Source: Adineta vaga (lineage: Eukaryota; Animalia; Rotifera). Taken from it: a DNA stretch of 64,000 nucleotides. The notes under the pieces are model-generated. The model made no database searches. It was not told where the DNA came from and saw only the letters and a list, made by a program, of their open reading frames with translations. The translations under genes and the position numbers were made by a program. The number at the start of each line of letters is the position of its first letter. Position 1 is the first letter of the stretch. The DNA is taken from the NCBI GenBank assembly GCA_021613535.1, contig CP075495.1, positions 14,880,001 to 14,944,000 on the forward strand, written 5' to 3'. Shown here in pieces: positions 37,229 through 52,179 of the stretch.

Positions 37229-38560
37229 TTATAACAAAACCTTTAAAAAGATAGATTTAAAATGTATGTTTCTGTTGAAAATAAGACCGACGTGAGGATT
37301 GTTTAGACCAAGTAATAAAATATTTATAAAGAACAGAAAATATTTCATGTTAACCATAACTAATTGATCATGAGATGATATAAAAACAGAATAAGAATCA
37401 AATATATAAAGCATACTTCCAAGAATAGAATGCCAAATACACAAAATTATTAAAATAAATATTGATACAAGTGAATATCTATCAATTGTTGTTAAATACG
37501 AAATATTTGGCTACAAAAGATGTGTTTATCAATTAGAATTCAAATCTGGAAAACAAACTTTACCAAGGAATTACAAATTGTCCATCGAAATGCAATTGAA
37601 GTCAAAAGTAGTATACATGTTATATTAATTCGATTCTGAGCGACACTATAAAGAATGGATTTAGGTTTAGTCTGATTTCGGGAAAAGATTTCTAATACTT
37701 ATATGGAAGAGCAAATGGACTAAAGGCTATCATTGTAATTAAAAAGATCAAGTAATAGCCATTCCAATAGAAATATTTTGCTCGACGAGCTAAATAAATG
37801 ATTTTTGAATTCTTTTTGGTAATAAAATGATAATATCTGCATAACATGCAACGATTAAAACCGAACGTTTTCGTTTATGTCCTGGTCTATCTAATTCATT
37901 TTCATCATCATTTTGAAATAGAAATCCTCGAAGAAATTTTGTTCGAGTTTTAATATGATCATATAATTTCCATTCTTGTTGATCAACAAATGTTTCTCGA
38001 TTGATTCCTGATATTTGATTAGGATCTGCAATTAAACTCACTTGATTATCAAATAATGCTGATCCCATTGAGATACTTAATTGTTGAACATCAGTTGGAA
38101 AATAATGTAAATCGAATTTTGAATCGAATATTCCATGAACATCACGATACTCACGGATTTCATACTGATGAGACGACGATTTTCTTAGCTATACTTCATA
38201 TTTTGAGCTTGATTGTGTGCAATATTAAGAAGAAACAATTGAGGATGCCAATAGGTTTCAGAAAAATCTTTCGACAGTTTTATTGTTTCACCATGTTCAA
38301 GTCGATTTTGTTCGATATTAGATAGTGATGAAAGAATTTCATCCTCATTGATTTCCGTCTTTAAAATCCATCGAGCTTCAATTGCTACATAAGCTTGAAA
38401 GCTTTCTTCTTGAGTATCAAGTTTACCTGATAAAATAAGTTTTGAATTATTTTGATAAATATCAATTATACATACCAATTCGAAGAAAAACTAAACGTAT
38501 ATTTATTTCAATTGGATCATCTTTTTCATAATGTTCGTGTTAGATATGTATATCACGAAT
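37229..38560 (-). pseudogene. Pentameric ligand-gated ion channel subunit, disrupted
   Basis: Motifs YWHPQLFLLN, FDLHYFPTDVQQL, QQEW, RRAKYFYWN, RINITCILLLTSIAFRW and LPNISYLTTIDRY. A 1-bp deletion near 38187 creates a stop, and one expected splice donor reads AT (37836). Confidence 0.75.
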
Positions 38561-39706
38561 ACCTACGAAGATATATTTAACAATTTTCTATTTTTATCCA
38601 ACATTAGTTGATAATCAATAGATCATAGGTTCGATGAAGAATGTCGTCTATTACATATCATTCCTCATCAATCAGCAATGTATATTCAGAAGTCAAGTGT
38701 TGTTTTTCTTAGATAAGGATATTGTATATCTTGGATGATGAAAAAATTGATTTGCTAATAACGAATGGAATTTATCATATAAGATCTGTTCGAGCTTTCA
38801 TCAATAATTCACAACATTCAAACTGAAACTACTGAATTTGAAGTTTATCTTCTAGTACGCATCTTGAATCAATTACCAACAAGAGAATAGAAAATAAGGA
38901 GAAAATTTTCTATTCAAATATTTTCTTTGTAACTCTACTTTATCATTTTATTTCTCTACTGGAAGTATATTTACATTACATATTTCAATCGAATATTAAA
39001 TTTATATTTTATTTATCTTACTTGTCTCTATAGAATATCGGATATCATCGTGTTGTTTCATATCGTTGTACTAAACAGTTTTACTACTTGATTCTATCAT
39101 CAATAAACGAGAACGACACATATATTATAACCCAGAAAGTATTAATATCATTACCTCATTCCAAACAGACATTTATATCTCAGCGAAAATCGAACGCTCT
39201 TAAGTGCAAAAATTCCTTTCCTACAATATTTCTCGCCTTAAAGAATCGAATTAGTTCTCAACAAAAATTTAATCTTTTCTGATGATAAGTACGCTAAATC
39301 TTTATACTATTCTTCTCAACCAGGTCTTGTATATAATTGAATAGAAAAAAGAAAGAAACCCCTTCTCTATTTCAATAGATGTCATACAATTACAAATAAA
39401 AATCTTATTTTGAACTTTGTGAATAAGAAAATAATTGAATTTTTCCTCGATAAAATCGTCATCTTCTTTCATAAACAAACTCTTTCAAATGAAAAGAAAT
39501 TCTCTTATATGAATAATTTCGCAATGATCTAATTGATTGGATAATACATCTTAAACAAACAAAGAACTGCATACTTTTTCATTGAGAAAGTCTTTGTAAA
39601 GATTCATTTCATTCGCCTCTGGTCTTAGTACATTCATTCAAATTCTTTTCTATTTCTTTTAGATATCTTTCTCAAAACAAAATAATACTTTTTATTTTAT
39701 CAAAAA

Positions 39707-42700
39707 ATGACAGCACCATTGAATGTTAATCCTCAGGAAGAACAACTCTTTCTTGACACACTTCAAAATTGCTTACAACAAGACAATGCTAAACGTACCG
39801 CAGCTGAGGTAAATACACAGTTATCTTCAATAGAAAAGCAAAGTCGATCTTTCAAATCTTTTTTTTCTTTTAATTAGCAAATCTATCAAGATATTCCTGA
39901 TGAGAAAAAAGGTATTTTACTTATGTCAACAATATGTAATACGACAAAAGATGTATCAGTAAGTTAAATGAAATGAATAGATATTTGTCTAAGAATTATT
40001 CTTATTCATTTAAGGTTCGTTCAATGGCATCGATTATGTTTCGACGTTTAATTCAAACACAATTTGAAAATTTTTGGCCAAAATATTCTCCTGATCAACA
40101 AGTGATTTTCAGAAAAGAATTACTCACACGATTAATTCAATTAGATGATGATGAAGATATTCGAAAGAAAATTTGTTATATCGTTGCTGAATTAGCAAAG
40201 AATTTAATGGGTAAAAATTGAATGATTTAATGAAATGTATTGAATTTGATGAATTTTAGATGAAAATGAACAATCACAATGGCCAGAAGTTTTGGATTTT
40301 CTTTTTCAATCGGCTAATTCACCACATAGTACATTGAAAGAATCAGCGTTGATTATTTTCGAGTAAATTTCTTTTTTCGAGAAATAAAAACTATGAATCA
40401 ATGAAATCTTTTCTTCTTATTTCTAGAGCTTTTCCAGGTATTTTTGGTAATCAAGCTGAACAACTAATACAAATTATTCACCAAATCTTTTTAAATTGTT
40501 TAAACGATCAAGAAAAGAGAGTTCGTTATACAGCTGCAACTGCTTTTGCAGCTTATCTTAAACATAATGCGGAAAATACACAATTGTTGAATGTTTATCG
40601 AGATTGTTTACCACCTCTTCTCTCAGTAAGAAGAATTCGCAGGCGAAACATTTTCTATATAATGTTCACTGTTTTTTAGACAATAACACATAGTTTAGCT
40701 AATTCCGATGATGATACAGTATTGAAAGCATTAATTGATATTGCTGAAAATACAGCGAAATATCTTCGACCAGCTATTGACGAAGTTTTCAATTTATGTC
40801 TTCATGTTTGTATTTCATTTGTGAAAAAGAAATTTCTCTTGATGAATGTTTGTTTTGTATTCCTTAGACAATGGAACAAAAAGATGATTTTGAAGAATCA
40901 CGTCGTCATTTAGCTTTGGAAGTCTTAGTTACTTTATCGGAAACAGCAAGTGCGATGGTTCGAAAAGTTGCCAAGAAATATATGCCTAGACTCGGTAAAT
41001 AAACAAGTTGTGAAAAAAATGAATTCTTTGAAAAGTTTCTTTTAAGTTCCTCAATTACTTGAAATGATGGTTGATTTGGATGATGATTCAGATTGGTCAA
41101 CAAAAGATATAATTGAAGATGAAGAAGATGATAGGTAAATGATTATTCCATTCGATAGAATCATTTTAAGAAATTTCAATCATTTATTTAGTAATGCTGT
41201 TGTTGGTGAAAGTTCATTGGATCGTCTTGCCTGTGCACTTGGTGGAAAAACAATGCTAAACTATATTCTAACAACTGTTCAAACAATGTTACAAAATCGT
41301 ATGCTATTTATCTTTTTACAAATCTTATCATATGAAAATGAATTCTATAGCTGATTGGCGTTATCGTCATGCTGGTTTAATGGCAATATCAGCAACTGGT
41401 GAAGGTTGTCATAAAGAAATGGCACTTTTACTTGATGATCTAGTTAATGGAATATTAGTTTTTCTTAAAGATTCAGTAATATCATTTCACTTGATATTTC
41501 TATTTGAAAAAGATCTCTCTTTTCTTCTCTTAGCATCCACGTGTTCGATATGCAGCTTGTAATGCACTAGGACAAATGTCAACAGATTTTCAAGGAACAT
41601 TTCAAAAGAAATTTCATTCAAAAGTTATTCCCGGTCTTCTTTTAATTCTCGATGATCATGAAAATCCTCGAACACAAGCACATGGTGGTGCTGCTTTAGT
41701 TAATTTTGCTGAAGATTGTCCACCACGTTTACTTATTGAACATTTACCACAAATTATTGAAAAATTAGAACAAGTTCTCAATCGAAAATATCAAGAAGTA
41801 CGATCTTAAGATTTCAATCAAATGAATTGTTTTTCTTCTTTCTTAGCTTGTTCAACATAATCGTAAATTAGTTCTTGAACAAATTGTCACAACACTTGCA
41901 GCCATTGCTGATACAGTTGCACAAGATTTTTCACCTTATTATGATCGGTTAGTTTGGATTTTTCTTTTAGAACCAAATCTTCTCTTGTTTCTATTTAAGT
42001 TTCATGCCACAATTAAAATATTTATTCAAAAATGCCATTACACCTGATTATCGAATGTTACGTGGTAAAACAATGGAATGCATCAGTTTAATTGGTTTGG
42101 CAGTTGGCAAAGATAAAGTTTGCATTTCACCTCTTCCAGTGTAAAGATAAAAGAGACTTTCATTTTATTCTTGTAGTTTATCAATGATTGTTATGAAATT
42201 ATGCAAGAATTAGTTAAAACTCAAGTTGATTTCGAAAATTTAGGCAATGATGATCCACAGATTTCATATTTGATTGGTGCATGGACACGTATATGTAAAA
42301 TCTTAGGCAAAGACTTTGAACAATATTTACCCATTGTTATGGGACCAGTTTTAAAAGCAGCTTCATTTAAACCAGAAGTCACTGTACTTGCTGATGATGA
42401 AACTGAAGTTGACGAAGATGATAATTGGGAAGTTTTAAACGTGGGAGATCAAGTATGAATCACTTATTTTGACGTTGAAATTGATATATCTGATTATTTA
42501 TTTAGGCATTTGGTATTAAAACAACAGGTCTTGAAGAAAAAGCAAGTGCTTGTTCAATGCTTGTTTGTTATGCAAAAGAATTAAAAGAAGGTTTTGTTAA
42601 TTATGTTGAAGAAACAACAAAATTGATGGTTCCACTTCTTCGATTTTATTTTCATGAAGGTTTGATATGATCAAAATAAATAAAAAGATTTATTTTTCTT

Positions 42701-44101
42701 CTTTGATACAGGTGTTCGTGCTGCAGCTGCTGAATCATTACCACATTTACTTGATTGTGCTAAATTACGTGGTGATGATTATGTTCGTCAAATGTGGCAA
42801 TATATGAATAAAGAATTATTTAAAGCAATTGAAATTGAACCTGATCATGAAGTTCTCGGTGAATTATTTTCATCTGTTGGCAAAGTAAATTCAAAGTGTT
42901 GATTTTATTAATCAATGATTATCTTCTTTTCGTTTCTCTTTATTTAGTGTATTGAAACGTTAGGTGTGACAAGTTTAACAGCTGATGAATTGAAAGAATT
43001 AACAACAATTCTTGACAGTCATTTGAAGAAACATTTTGAACGTTCAAATGAACGTGCTGAAAAACGACGTGATGAAGATTATGATGAAGAAACAGAAGAA
43101 GAAATGCTCGAAGAAGATGATTTTGATGCATATATATTAAATCGTTTATCTGATATTATTCATTCACTTTTAGTTACTTATACCGATTCATATTTGACTT
43201 ATTTCGATACATTAGTTCCACATTTTTATGCACTTCTTCAACCAACACAATCAATCTCTGATCGTCAATGGGCATTATGTGTCTTTGATGATGTCATTCA
43301 ATTTACTGGTGCACATTCACATCGTTATGCACAATTCTTTCTCTCACGAATGGCTGAAAGTCTTGCTGATCCATCCGCTGAAGTAAATCGAGATTTCATA
43401 TTCTTTTCACATCTCTTTTTTCTCTTCTTGAAAGATTCGTCAAGCTGCTGCATATGGTTTTGGTGTGATGGGAATGAATGGTGGTGCTGTTTATGCACGT
43501 GCATGTGCTGAAGCTTTACCACGTTTATTTGCAATGATTGGTGCACCAGATAGTCGTGCACCTGAAAATAACACAGCAACAGAAAATGCAGTTAGTGCAG
43601 TGACAAAAATCTTCAAATACAATAATTCATGTATAGATAATCTTGATAAAGTAAGTCAAGGTTGTGAAATAGGAAAAAACTATTGATTTTATTTTGTATA
43701 GCTTCATCAAGTATGGTTGAGTTGGTTTCCAATCTATGAAGATACTGAAGAATCACCTCATGTTTATGGTTATTTATGTGATCTAATTGAATCGTATGTA
43801 AAAAAACAAACGAGAAGAATAAAATGAATATGCATGAAGAGATTCTTTTTCTTTTTAAAGAAATAATCCAATCATCATTGGACCAGAAAATTCGAATATA
43901 CCCAATGTGATGAAATTATTTGCTGATGCATTTGTTAAATCTTCAATTGAATTTAGTTCAGTCGTTGGTCAACGTATGGTTCTCATTCTTCGACATGTTC
44001 AAACAATTCCAACAATATTTCAAACATGTATGAATGCTTTGACAAATGATGAACGTCACGCATTAGCCAATGCATTAAATACAGTTGCAACATCTCAATA
44101 A
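39707..44101 (+). CDS. IPO5: Importin-5 (karyopherin beta-3), about 20 exons
   Basis: HEAT-repeat motifs [72 protein letters not shown] and ATENAVSAV. About 19 short GT-AG introns. Confidence 0.95.
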
Positions 44102-44426
44102 AATCATTCTCATTGTTTCAAACTAAACTACTTTTATAGACATATATTTTTTTTCGTTTTCTTTCATTTCTATTTTGTTATGATCTCTTCTTATATCTAT
44201 TTGTGTTGACCGGTCGACGAACATAAGAGAAACAGAATTCGATTAACATTCTTGATTTTCTTTTGTTCATTATTATTATTTTCTATTTTATAAAACGAAA
44301 ACGTTGATTAGCATAAAAGAAGTAAGAGAAAACGAAATAAAAAAAATCAGATGAAATATCTTATAGAATTTCGAACATAAAATAAACAAGATTTCTCTTC
44401 ATTTTAATGATGTCTTTGATATACTA

Positions 44427-44682
44427 CTATTCATGTTCATATATCTTATTTTCTTGATATAATCTCATAGCAGTGACATATTTCTGAATAATAACTCTAT
44501 ACAATTGTAATATAATTAAATATCCAGTTAATGAACTTATAACAGTCAGAGTAGTTTTCCGTATATCAGAAGGAATACCAGCACGCATATAAATAATTAA
44601 AGAAACTGTTGTTATTTCAATCAGAATTCCAAGGATGTGAAATAGAAGAGTAATACGCAAAATATTACACGTTGACAGTACA
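44427..44682 (-). pseudogene. Internally deleted copy of the 4-TM gene at 59257-59721
   Basis: Starts MYCQRV like the intact copy, then jumps out of frame to ILGILIEITTVSLIIYMRAGIPSDIRKTT. TM1-TM2 are missing. Confidence 0.7.
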
Positions 44683-45816
44683 TCGTATATGGTAATATGA
44701 TGTAGCTTTTACCTAGACATATACGATTAAGTACCTCAAGGAGAAGCAAAGAAGCATAATTTCATTTTTTTGTCTTTTGCTTTGAATTTATGGGAATTGT
44801 ATTGTTATGATGATATGGTAGGTAGTAGGTATTCCATCGTTCTTGTACTGTGTATAATAGGGGTACACGAAACGTTCATTTCATAAAAAATCATCAATAA
44901 TTCACAAACGATAGATAAGACATGCATTATGATAAAAAATTGTTGAATTTCATGTTCATTTAGAGTATTTTGTTTTGTTATATTCGTATAAATTCAGATA
45001 AGTTGTTCAAAGTCAGTCTATACTTTTTTATATTTCAAACTGATTTTCAAAACAAAATCGACTTTCATGTATAATTATCATCAAGAACGACGAGATTTAA
45101 CCGAATCACTCTTCGATTCACCTTCATACTCAAGATGGTAAAAAAAACTGTGTGAAGGAAAGTATTCATATTGCAAGAATGTTTTCACTATCTTAATGAA
45201 TGTGTCGTATCATCAGGACGACGAAAAAGTCAATAATGTTCTTTCTTCAGACGAACGATTATTTAGCCTTTCATTGTATGGAATCAATGGAAAATTTATC
45301 GTCCAACTTATTCGCTATGTAGAAATGAGAAGCAAATATTATTTCTCTGACAAATAAAGAACACTAAAAAAGTAAGACAAATTAAGGGATTAATCGCAGT
45401 GAAAGAAATGAACCAATTGGCGTTTCTACGTAACAATGGTTATTGTATTAGCTAATGGATTGTTAATTTATCTTGATTATTTTCGATCTGATTAATTCTT
45501 ACGATATATCATTGACAAACTATCACAGCATTGGTCGAATATTTAGCAATATATAACACATTGTGATAACCAGTATGTATTTCATGTTTGTATTTATTAT
45601 TTGAATACACAAAAAATAATATCCTCAAAGAAAAGATGAACACGTCGTTTTTGTGTATATTGATTTAATGGAATGAACTTCAATAATATTACTATACATA
45701 GTCTGAAGACGTCATAGATAGTTTCTTTGTTTTTCCTTACTTTAAGTATCCTATCAATTATCAAAAATAATCTGATGAAGGAAATAATTCTCATATATTT
45801 TTATATTTCAGAGAAC

Positions 45817-48800
45817 ATGATCGCTAGATTAGAATTACTATCTAATGAAATTATCTTGGATATCTTCTCTCATCTCTCATGGTTTGATATGATAACATCT
45901 TTGTGGTCGATAAACACTCGTTTCAATTCTCTTGTTTGTTCAAGTCTTTCAATAATTAATGATGAATTAGATAGTGGTCTTACTACACATGGTTTATCTT
46001 ATACTACATATTGTTCAACATTTCCGATACTTTTGAATTCATCATCTCTTTGTTCTTCTATTCGATGTATTCATTTGGATGGAAGGAACTCATCTGCGGA
46101 TGGCTTTTGTTATGAATGGTTATTCAATGATAATAATCTCCTTAATTTTCCTAACCTTCAATCACTTGTCCTCACTCGATGTCGATCAATTCGATCAATA
46201 GTTCAAAGTTTATTGTATCTTATTGAACATCAATTAGATAATCTTACATTAACATTTGATGATAATGTTTTGCAAGATATGCTTTATCAAAGAATGTCTT
46301 TAGTGGTAGTTTCTGATACAGGTAATTAATCAACTAGTAAAAACCACTTTCCCGTGCATTCTGTTTGGGCGTGAACTATGTAACAATTGTTGTACGAATG
46401 CAAAACATTTTCAATGAAATCTCCGGTTAGCCTATTCAATTTACGAAATGATCTTTTCGTATTTATTTATGTTCACCAAGATCAATGATGAGAGGAGGCA
46501 GAGTGTCACTTTCAATAAATAAGGCAGATGTATACTTAAAGGCAATATTCTGTAAGAGAAGTTTGATTGAGATCTAAAAACATCCACGTCACAACGTTTT
46601 TCATCATTTGTAAGTATTTAATTATAGAATAAAAGATCTATTTGTTTATTTTTTAAAAGACATATTCGAAAAACAAATGATTATGTTTAAAGAATTTGTT
46701 TACAAATTATTCTCGAACAAATGTCAATTAAAAACTCTACAACTTGATATCAGTAGTGATTGTAGCGATGGTACACTTCATCAATGTTTATCACCAAATT
46801 CTTGTCTTTCGGAATTAATTGAATATCAACATCCGTTCTATTGTCTGACTCTTCGTCATTTATACATTCGACTTAATCAAACTCGTTTTCTGGAAAATCT
46901 TATTGAACATACACCTAATCTCGAACAAATAGTAGTCGAATTTAGTTGCTCATTAGGTTCATTTGCATCATGGAAATCAAATATCGAAGCATTAAAACAA
47001 TCGAAGACAAATTGGTTCAATAAAGTAAGAAATGATTGAATTAAAATATTCTTTAGTTTGTTTTTTTTAATGCATAAAACTAATTGACTCTTTACAGATA
47101 CCAAAATTACGACTTTTTAGTTTAAAAAGTTTCATGGAAGATGATCTAGACTTTATCTATTTAAAATGGCTTCTTAATAATGTAAATTATATTGAAACAC
47201 TTCGACTTCATATTGAACAAGATAATTTAAACGAATCAACATGCCAAAATATATGGAAATCTTGGATTGATGCCAATTTTATCCACAAATATTGTTTACC
47301 TGATATAATACCAAATTTAATTGATTTCACTTTTTATATTTGCAAAGAATGTCAATTATCATCGAATGAAATGAAAAATATTAAAAATTCATTTAAAATT
47401 CATCCACTTTTTATTGAACATCAATGGACGAATGTTGAATGTTTATTTGATTCAATTATGTCATGTCAACATCTTTTTTGTTCTTCTAATAGTTCAATGT
47501 TAGTTATTGCTTATTAGAAATTTTTAAAGAACTTTTTAGCTAAATAATATATCTTTTTCTTTAGAAATTATTCAAATATTTTCAATTGGACAGGTTGTAA
47601 TGATCTATGGTATAATAAACATCCATCAATTGCTTTTTTGTTGGATAAATCTGTTCAATTATCTTTTAAAATTCCTTATACCAAAATACATAAAGGTAAA
47701 TATCGAAACATGTGTTAGTGAGGTGATTTTTGTTGAATTTACCATTTGATATAAGACTATCTAACTGACTAACGATAGTCTCATGAAATAAGTAAAAAAT
47801 TGGAGTAAAAGCTTTTATCGAATCGAAAAAAAAATCTACAAGAAAAGATATATTTATATTTTACATCGAACTCAATCTAATAGATAATTAGTAAATAATA
47901 TGTAAAATGAATAAAGTTTTTTTTTTAGATGTTTGTGATAATGATAAATTTGACCTTGTAGTATCATTATCAGTTCTGTCCAGAATGAGAAAAAACAAGA
48001 TCATTGCTAATCCTTTTCGAAATGTGACAAAAATTCAATTTGGAACTCCTTGTAATCAACAATACGGTAAGTTCTAACTTTTATTGCTATGATGAGATTT
48101 AAAACAAAAGAAAACTTATGTCTTATTTGTGTATATGCGATGTATTATGATGTTTTAAAACACCCTTTATTTTGCTTACATTTCAGCTTAAGAAAATAAG
48201 AAAATCTTTATCTTTTGTATTTAAATGTATAGCGTTGAATGCTATACAAAAAATGTGCATTATAAAGCTTATTGATTTATTCGAACAATTCTCTTATAAA
48301 CATTGTTAACAAGTTCGCTATAGTATTGCGAGTTGCTTATCAAAGCCAAGATAAATGCAAAACAAAGAAGAATATTTATACCTGAGAAGTAACAAAGCTA
48401 TCGCGTTGATTGCTCTACTTGAGTTGGACAGAAAGAAAATTAGAAATTATCATGAAGTTTTTGTACTTATTCTCTAGTTTTTTCAATAACACATCATATA
48501 AAATGAAAATGTGCATTTTATTATTTTCGTTAGTAAAGATATTTTCAGAAGAAAAATTCGATACAATATAAAATCGGACTGACAGTTGTGCATGTTTTTA
48601 TCTTTTAAGAATAGGAAAATCATCAGAATTTGTTAGTGTAGATTTATTGATGAAGTTCTAAGAGAAGCGCATCTTTTAAAACCAAAGCAACGCATTAAGC
48701 GTGTATCATTTGCGAATATTTCGCAATAGAAGCAGTTGAATCGTGTCATATTTAATGCTAAATATTTAAATCTCACTTACCATTTCGAAAATATTGAACA

Positions 48801-50386
48801 CAAAATAAATATATCTAACCTATTACTCATGAAGTACCTTCAATGATATGACAGACAGATAAAATTGAAATTCATATCAAACATTTTGCTCTCCATTTGA
48901 CATTGATATATATATATATATGATTGTTTCATTTTAGTTCGTACTGAGAAATCAAATAAATTAGATGAAATACGTGCAAGAGTGCTTGCTCATCTCATTT
49001 CAATGACTGTACAACTTAAATATCTTATTATTGAAAAATTTGAATGGCTTTTGCATATTATTCAATACGTAAGTTAATGCTTTATTTACACTTTCAATGT
49101 TTAATTATGAATATAATATTTTCCTATATATACAATTGATTTAAATATGTAGCAAAATGAAGAATATAGATCAGGATCAGAAAGAAGAAACGATATTCTC
49201 ACCATGAGCTTTATTTTTTTACCTCCATTCACAAGATTTATTTGTTTTCTTTTTAGGCATTCACGGATGTGAGAATGAATGCATTAAGAACTGTTCAACA
49301 TGTTGAATTCCATTGTCATTCTATTAACAAGAATGTAGCCTCTATGGGCAACCAACTTGTACGTATTGTTAGCTTATGGATGCCATATTTACAAACATTA
49401 CGTATTTGTCGACCTGATGATTTTCCATGGACATCTCGTAAGTTAATTTTGCATAAACAATACCATAACGCTATGATAAATATGGTTTTATTTCATTGTT
49501 TCTTCATGAAAGAGTGTTAAAGTAATGACGTATAATTCCAAAGATAATTCTCTCTTTTTTCGTGTATTATATGAATTGTTCATCTCGGTTCATAAAAGAA
49601 CTTTTATATGAAAGACTTACGAGAATTTTATGAGAAAGTATCAATTAAATTTACCGTGTCTTTATCATTATTTAGTCCAAAAATCAAAAAATCATCTCAT
49701 CCATAGCAATTAGATTTCTCTACCAAATTAAAATGAACAAATAATAAAAATATATAGTGTAAGAGTTTGAAAAGAATTTTAAGCGATTGTGAAGAAAATT
49801 GCGAGAAAAAACAATTTTTTATAGATCGATTTCCTACACTCACGGTCAGTGACTTTTTAAAAACTATGCGCAAGAAAATTCATATACGAATTGATTTTGT
49901 AAAAAAAAGGATGAATCAGCAGCAAAAACCATCCATATAGAAGATTTTAAATGATCTATTAAAAAAGTGACATGGATATATTTTGCAGTACTCGTCTAGA
50001 TTCAATAAAAAAGAAAAATTTTTAAGTATCATTGATCATGTTTTTACTGTTATTTTATTTTAATTCGATTAGACAACTCATATCTTCATTCATCTGCACG
50101 TCTGAAACGGCTGAAGTCGTCGGAAACATCTAAATCCATTGGTATATGTATATCTGCATGAATATAACGCTTTTATAACAATATGATTTATTTTTTAGCT
50201 CGACATGTAATTGTATTTAGGCATGATCTTTCTCAATTGGTCAAAAGCTTAAACGAACTTACTTATCTCGATATTTCTGGAAAAATTACTGGCGAAATAG
50301 TCGAACCATATCGTCAAATGGCTCAAACTCTCTTTCCTCATAGTCGAGTAGATGTTGAAATATTACGATTTCGTTTGTGGCTTTAA
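45817..50386 (+). CDS. F-box/LRR-like multi-exon protein of a lineage-expanded family
   Basis: F-box LELLSNEIILDIFSHLSWFDM. Successive Leu-rich exons at about 46660, 47100, 47930, 48940, 49260 and 50200 have GT-AG boundaries. Not every junction was verified. Confidence 0.65.
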
Positions 50387-50587
50387 TTGTTTGTTTAATG
50401 TATATAAAAATGTGCTCAAAATTAGTTCTCATATAACTGATTACTTGTTTTCTTTTCTCCCCTTCCTCATTGTTTCTTATTAATTACAATATAATTGTAC
50501 TTGATTAATAAAACTAAAAATATAATTTTTGAAAGCAACTATTGTAACCTAAGGAAAATGAATTTTGCATGAATCTATTTTATATAT

Positions 50588-51522
50588 ATTGGAGAATACT
50601 TCCTATTCCCAAAAGTTACACATTCCGGAATCGCTTAACCTACATAACTAATCATAATTCAATTCCGGAATTCCTCTTATTTCAATCCGGAACTCCTTGC
50701 GTTCCATTTCTACGAATGCTATCAAATTCCTGCACATTCCTGCCTATTCCGGATGTGCATGAATTCCGGAATTCCGCTTTTATGTTTTATGGCTACTAAT
50801 GCATGGTTATATGATTATACCATATAAATTTGCAATTCCCGAATGTACAGGAATTCCTACATTTCCTGCCAATTCCGGAACCGCTAAGATATGTTAGTTG
50901 ACTAAAAGATCATCCTCATCGATCGATCGAATTCCCGAGCGGAATTCCGGAATTCGTGCACATCCGGAATAGCTGGGACTTGGCAGGAATTCCTGCATTT
51001 CCTGCCTATTCCGGAATTGCTAATAAATGTTAGTTAACTAAAGACCATCCTCATCGATCGATCGAATTCCCAAGCGGAATTCCGGAAATCATGCACATCC
51101 GGAACAGCTGGGATTTGGCAGGAATTCCTGCATTTCCTGCACATTCCTGCCTATTCCGGATGTGCATGAATTCCGGAATTCCGCTTTTATGTTTTATGGC
51201 TACTAGCACATGGTTATGTGGTGATGCTGTATAGATTTGCAATTCCGGAATGTGTAGGAATGACCAGGAATTCCTGCATTTCCTACTAAATCCGGATGTG
51301 CACGAATTCCGGAATTCCACTTTTATATTTCAGGACTCCTAATGCATAGTTATGTGCGTATACCATATAAATTTGCAATTCCGGAATTGGCAGTAGTTGC
51401 TAGGAATTTGATTGCGTCAGTAGGAATCGAGTATAAGAAATTCCGGAATTGATTCATAGTCATTTTGGTGAGTTAAGCAATTCTGGAATGTGTAACTTTT
51501 CGGAATAGGATGACTGCTCATA
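50588..51522. mobile_element. Foldback/MITE-like element built from ATTCCGGAAT palindromic subrepeats
   Basis: TIR tcctattcccaaaagttacacattccggaat (50601-) pairs with attctggaatgtgtaacttttcggaatagga (-51510). Many internal (A)ATTCCGGAAT units occur in direct and inverted blocks. The flanks are TATA. Confidence 0.8.
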
Positions 51523-51633
51523 TATTGAACAGCTTCCTGTAATTATCCTTATCTAATTTCTATAACCATCGCTCGACTAGAGATAGGGATGTGCAGTTTC
51601 AATGAAACGATGAAATACTCACAGTTATACACT

Positions 51634-51810
51634 GATATTGTCTGCACTGAGTACGGAGTGCACCGACATAGTATTCACTGAATCAGTGAGTACATTGAGT
51701 TTAATTGCACTGTCGTACTAGTACTGAAGACATTCATTCCTAAATGATCATCAATGCTTCAGTGAACATCAGAATCAACGTGTACTGTACTCGCAGTACA
51801 GACAACATCA
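51634..51810. mobile_element. Small degenerate inverted-repeat element
   Basis: tgatattgtctgcactgagtac (51634-) is an imperfect reverse complement of gtactcgcagtacagacaacatca (-51810). Confidence 0.5.
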
Positions 51811-51825
51811 ACTCTCTCGCTAATA

Positions 51826-52178
51826 TCGATGTGAAGCTAGCACGACGAAACAAAGATTTAGGTAAAACTTTTTTATAAAGTAAGTCCCGTCCATAAAAAC
51901 GAGTCCATTCGGCTCAGAATTTAATTCTGCATCGGATGGTGCTACTTTTATTCACGGGACAAGTTTTGGAAAAAGTTTTGTCTACATCTTTATTTTCCTC
52001 CTATGTAAGAGAAAAAACATAGATAAAATTGTTCCAAAACATGTCCCGTGGATAAAAGTAGCACCATTCGATGCAGAATTAAATTCTGAGTCGAATGGAC
52101 TCGTTTTTATGGACGGGACTTACTTTATAAAAAAAGTTTTACCTAAATCTTTGTTTCGTCGTGCTAGCTTCACATCGA
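51826..52178. mobile_element. 353-bp near-perfect palindromic (foldback) element
   Basis: Arms of about 160 bp (tcgatgtgaagctagcacgacgaaac... / ...gtttcgtcgtgctagcttcacatcga) separated by a spacer of about 25-30 bp. Confidence 0.88.
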
Positions 52179-52179
52179 C

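Noticed and set aside
50569-51320. ORFs 50569-50799 and 51051-51320
   Set aside because: They are translations of the ATTCCGGAAT repeat element with no protein-like features.
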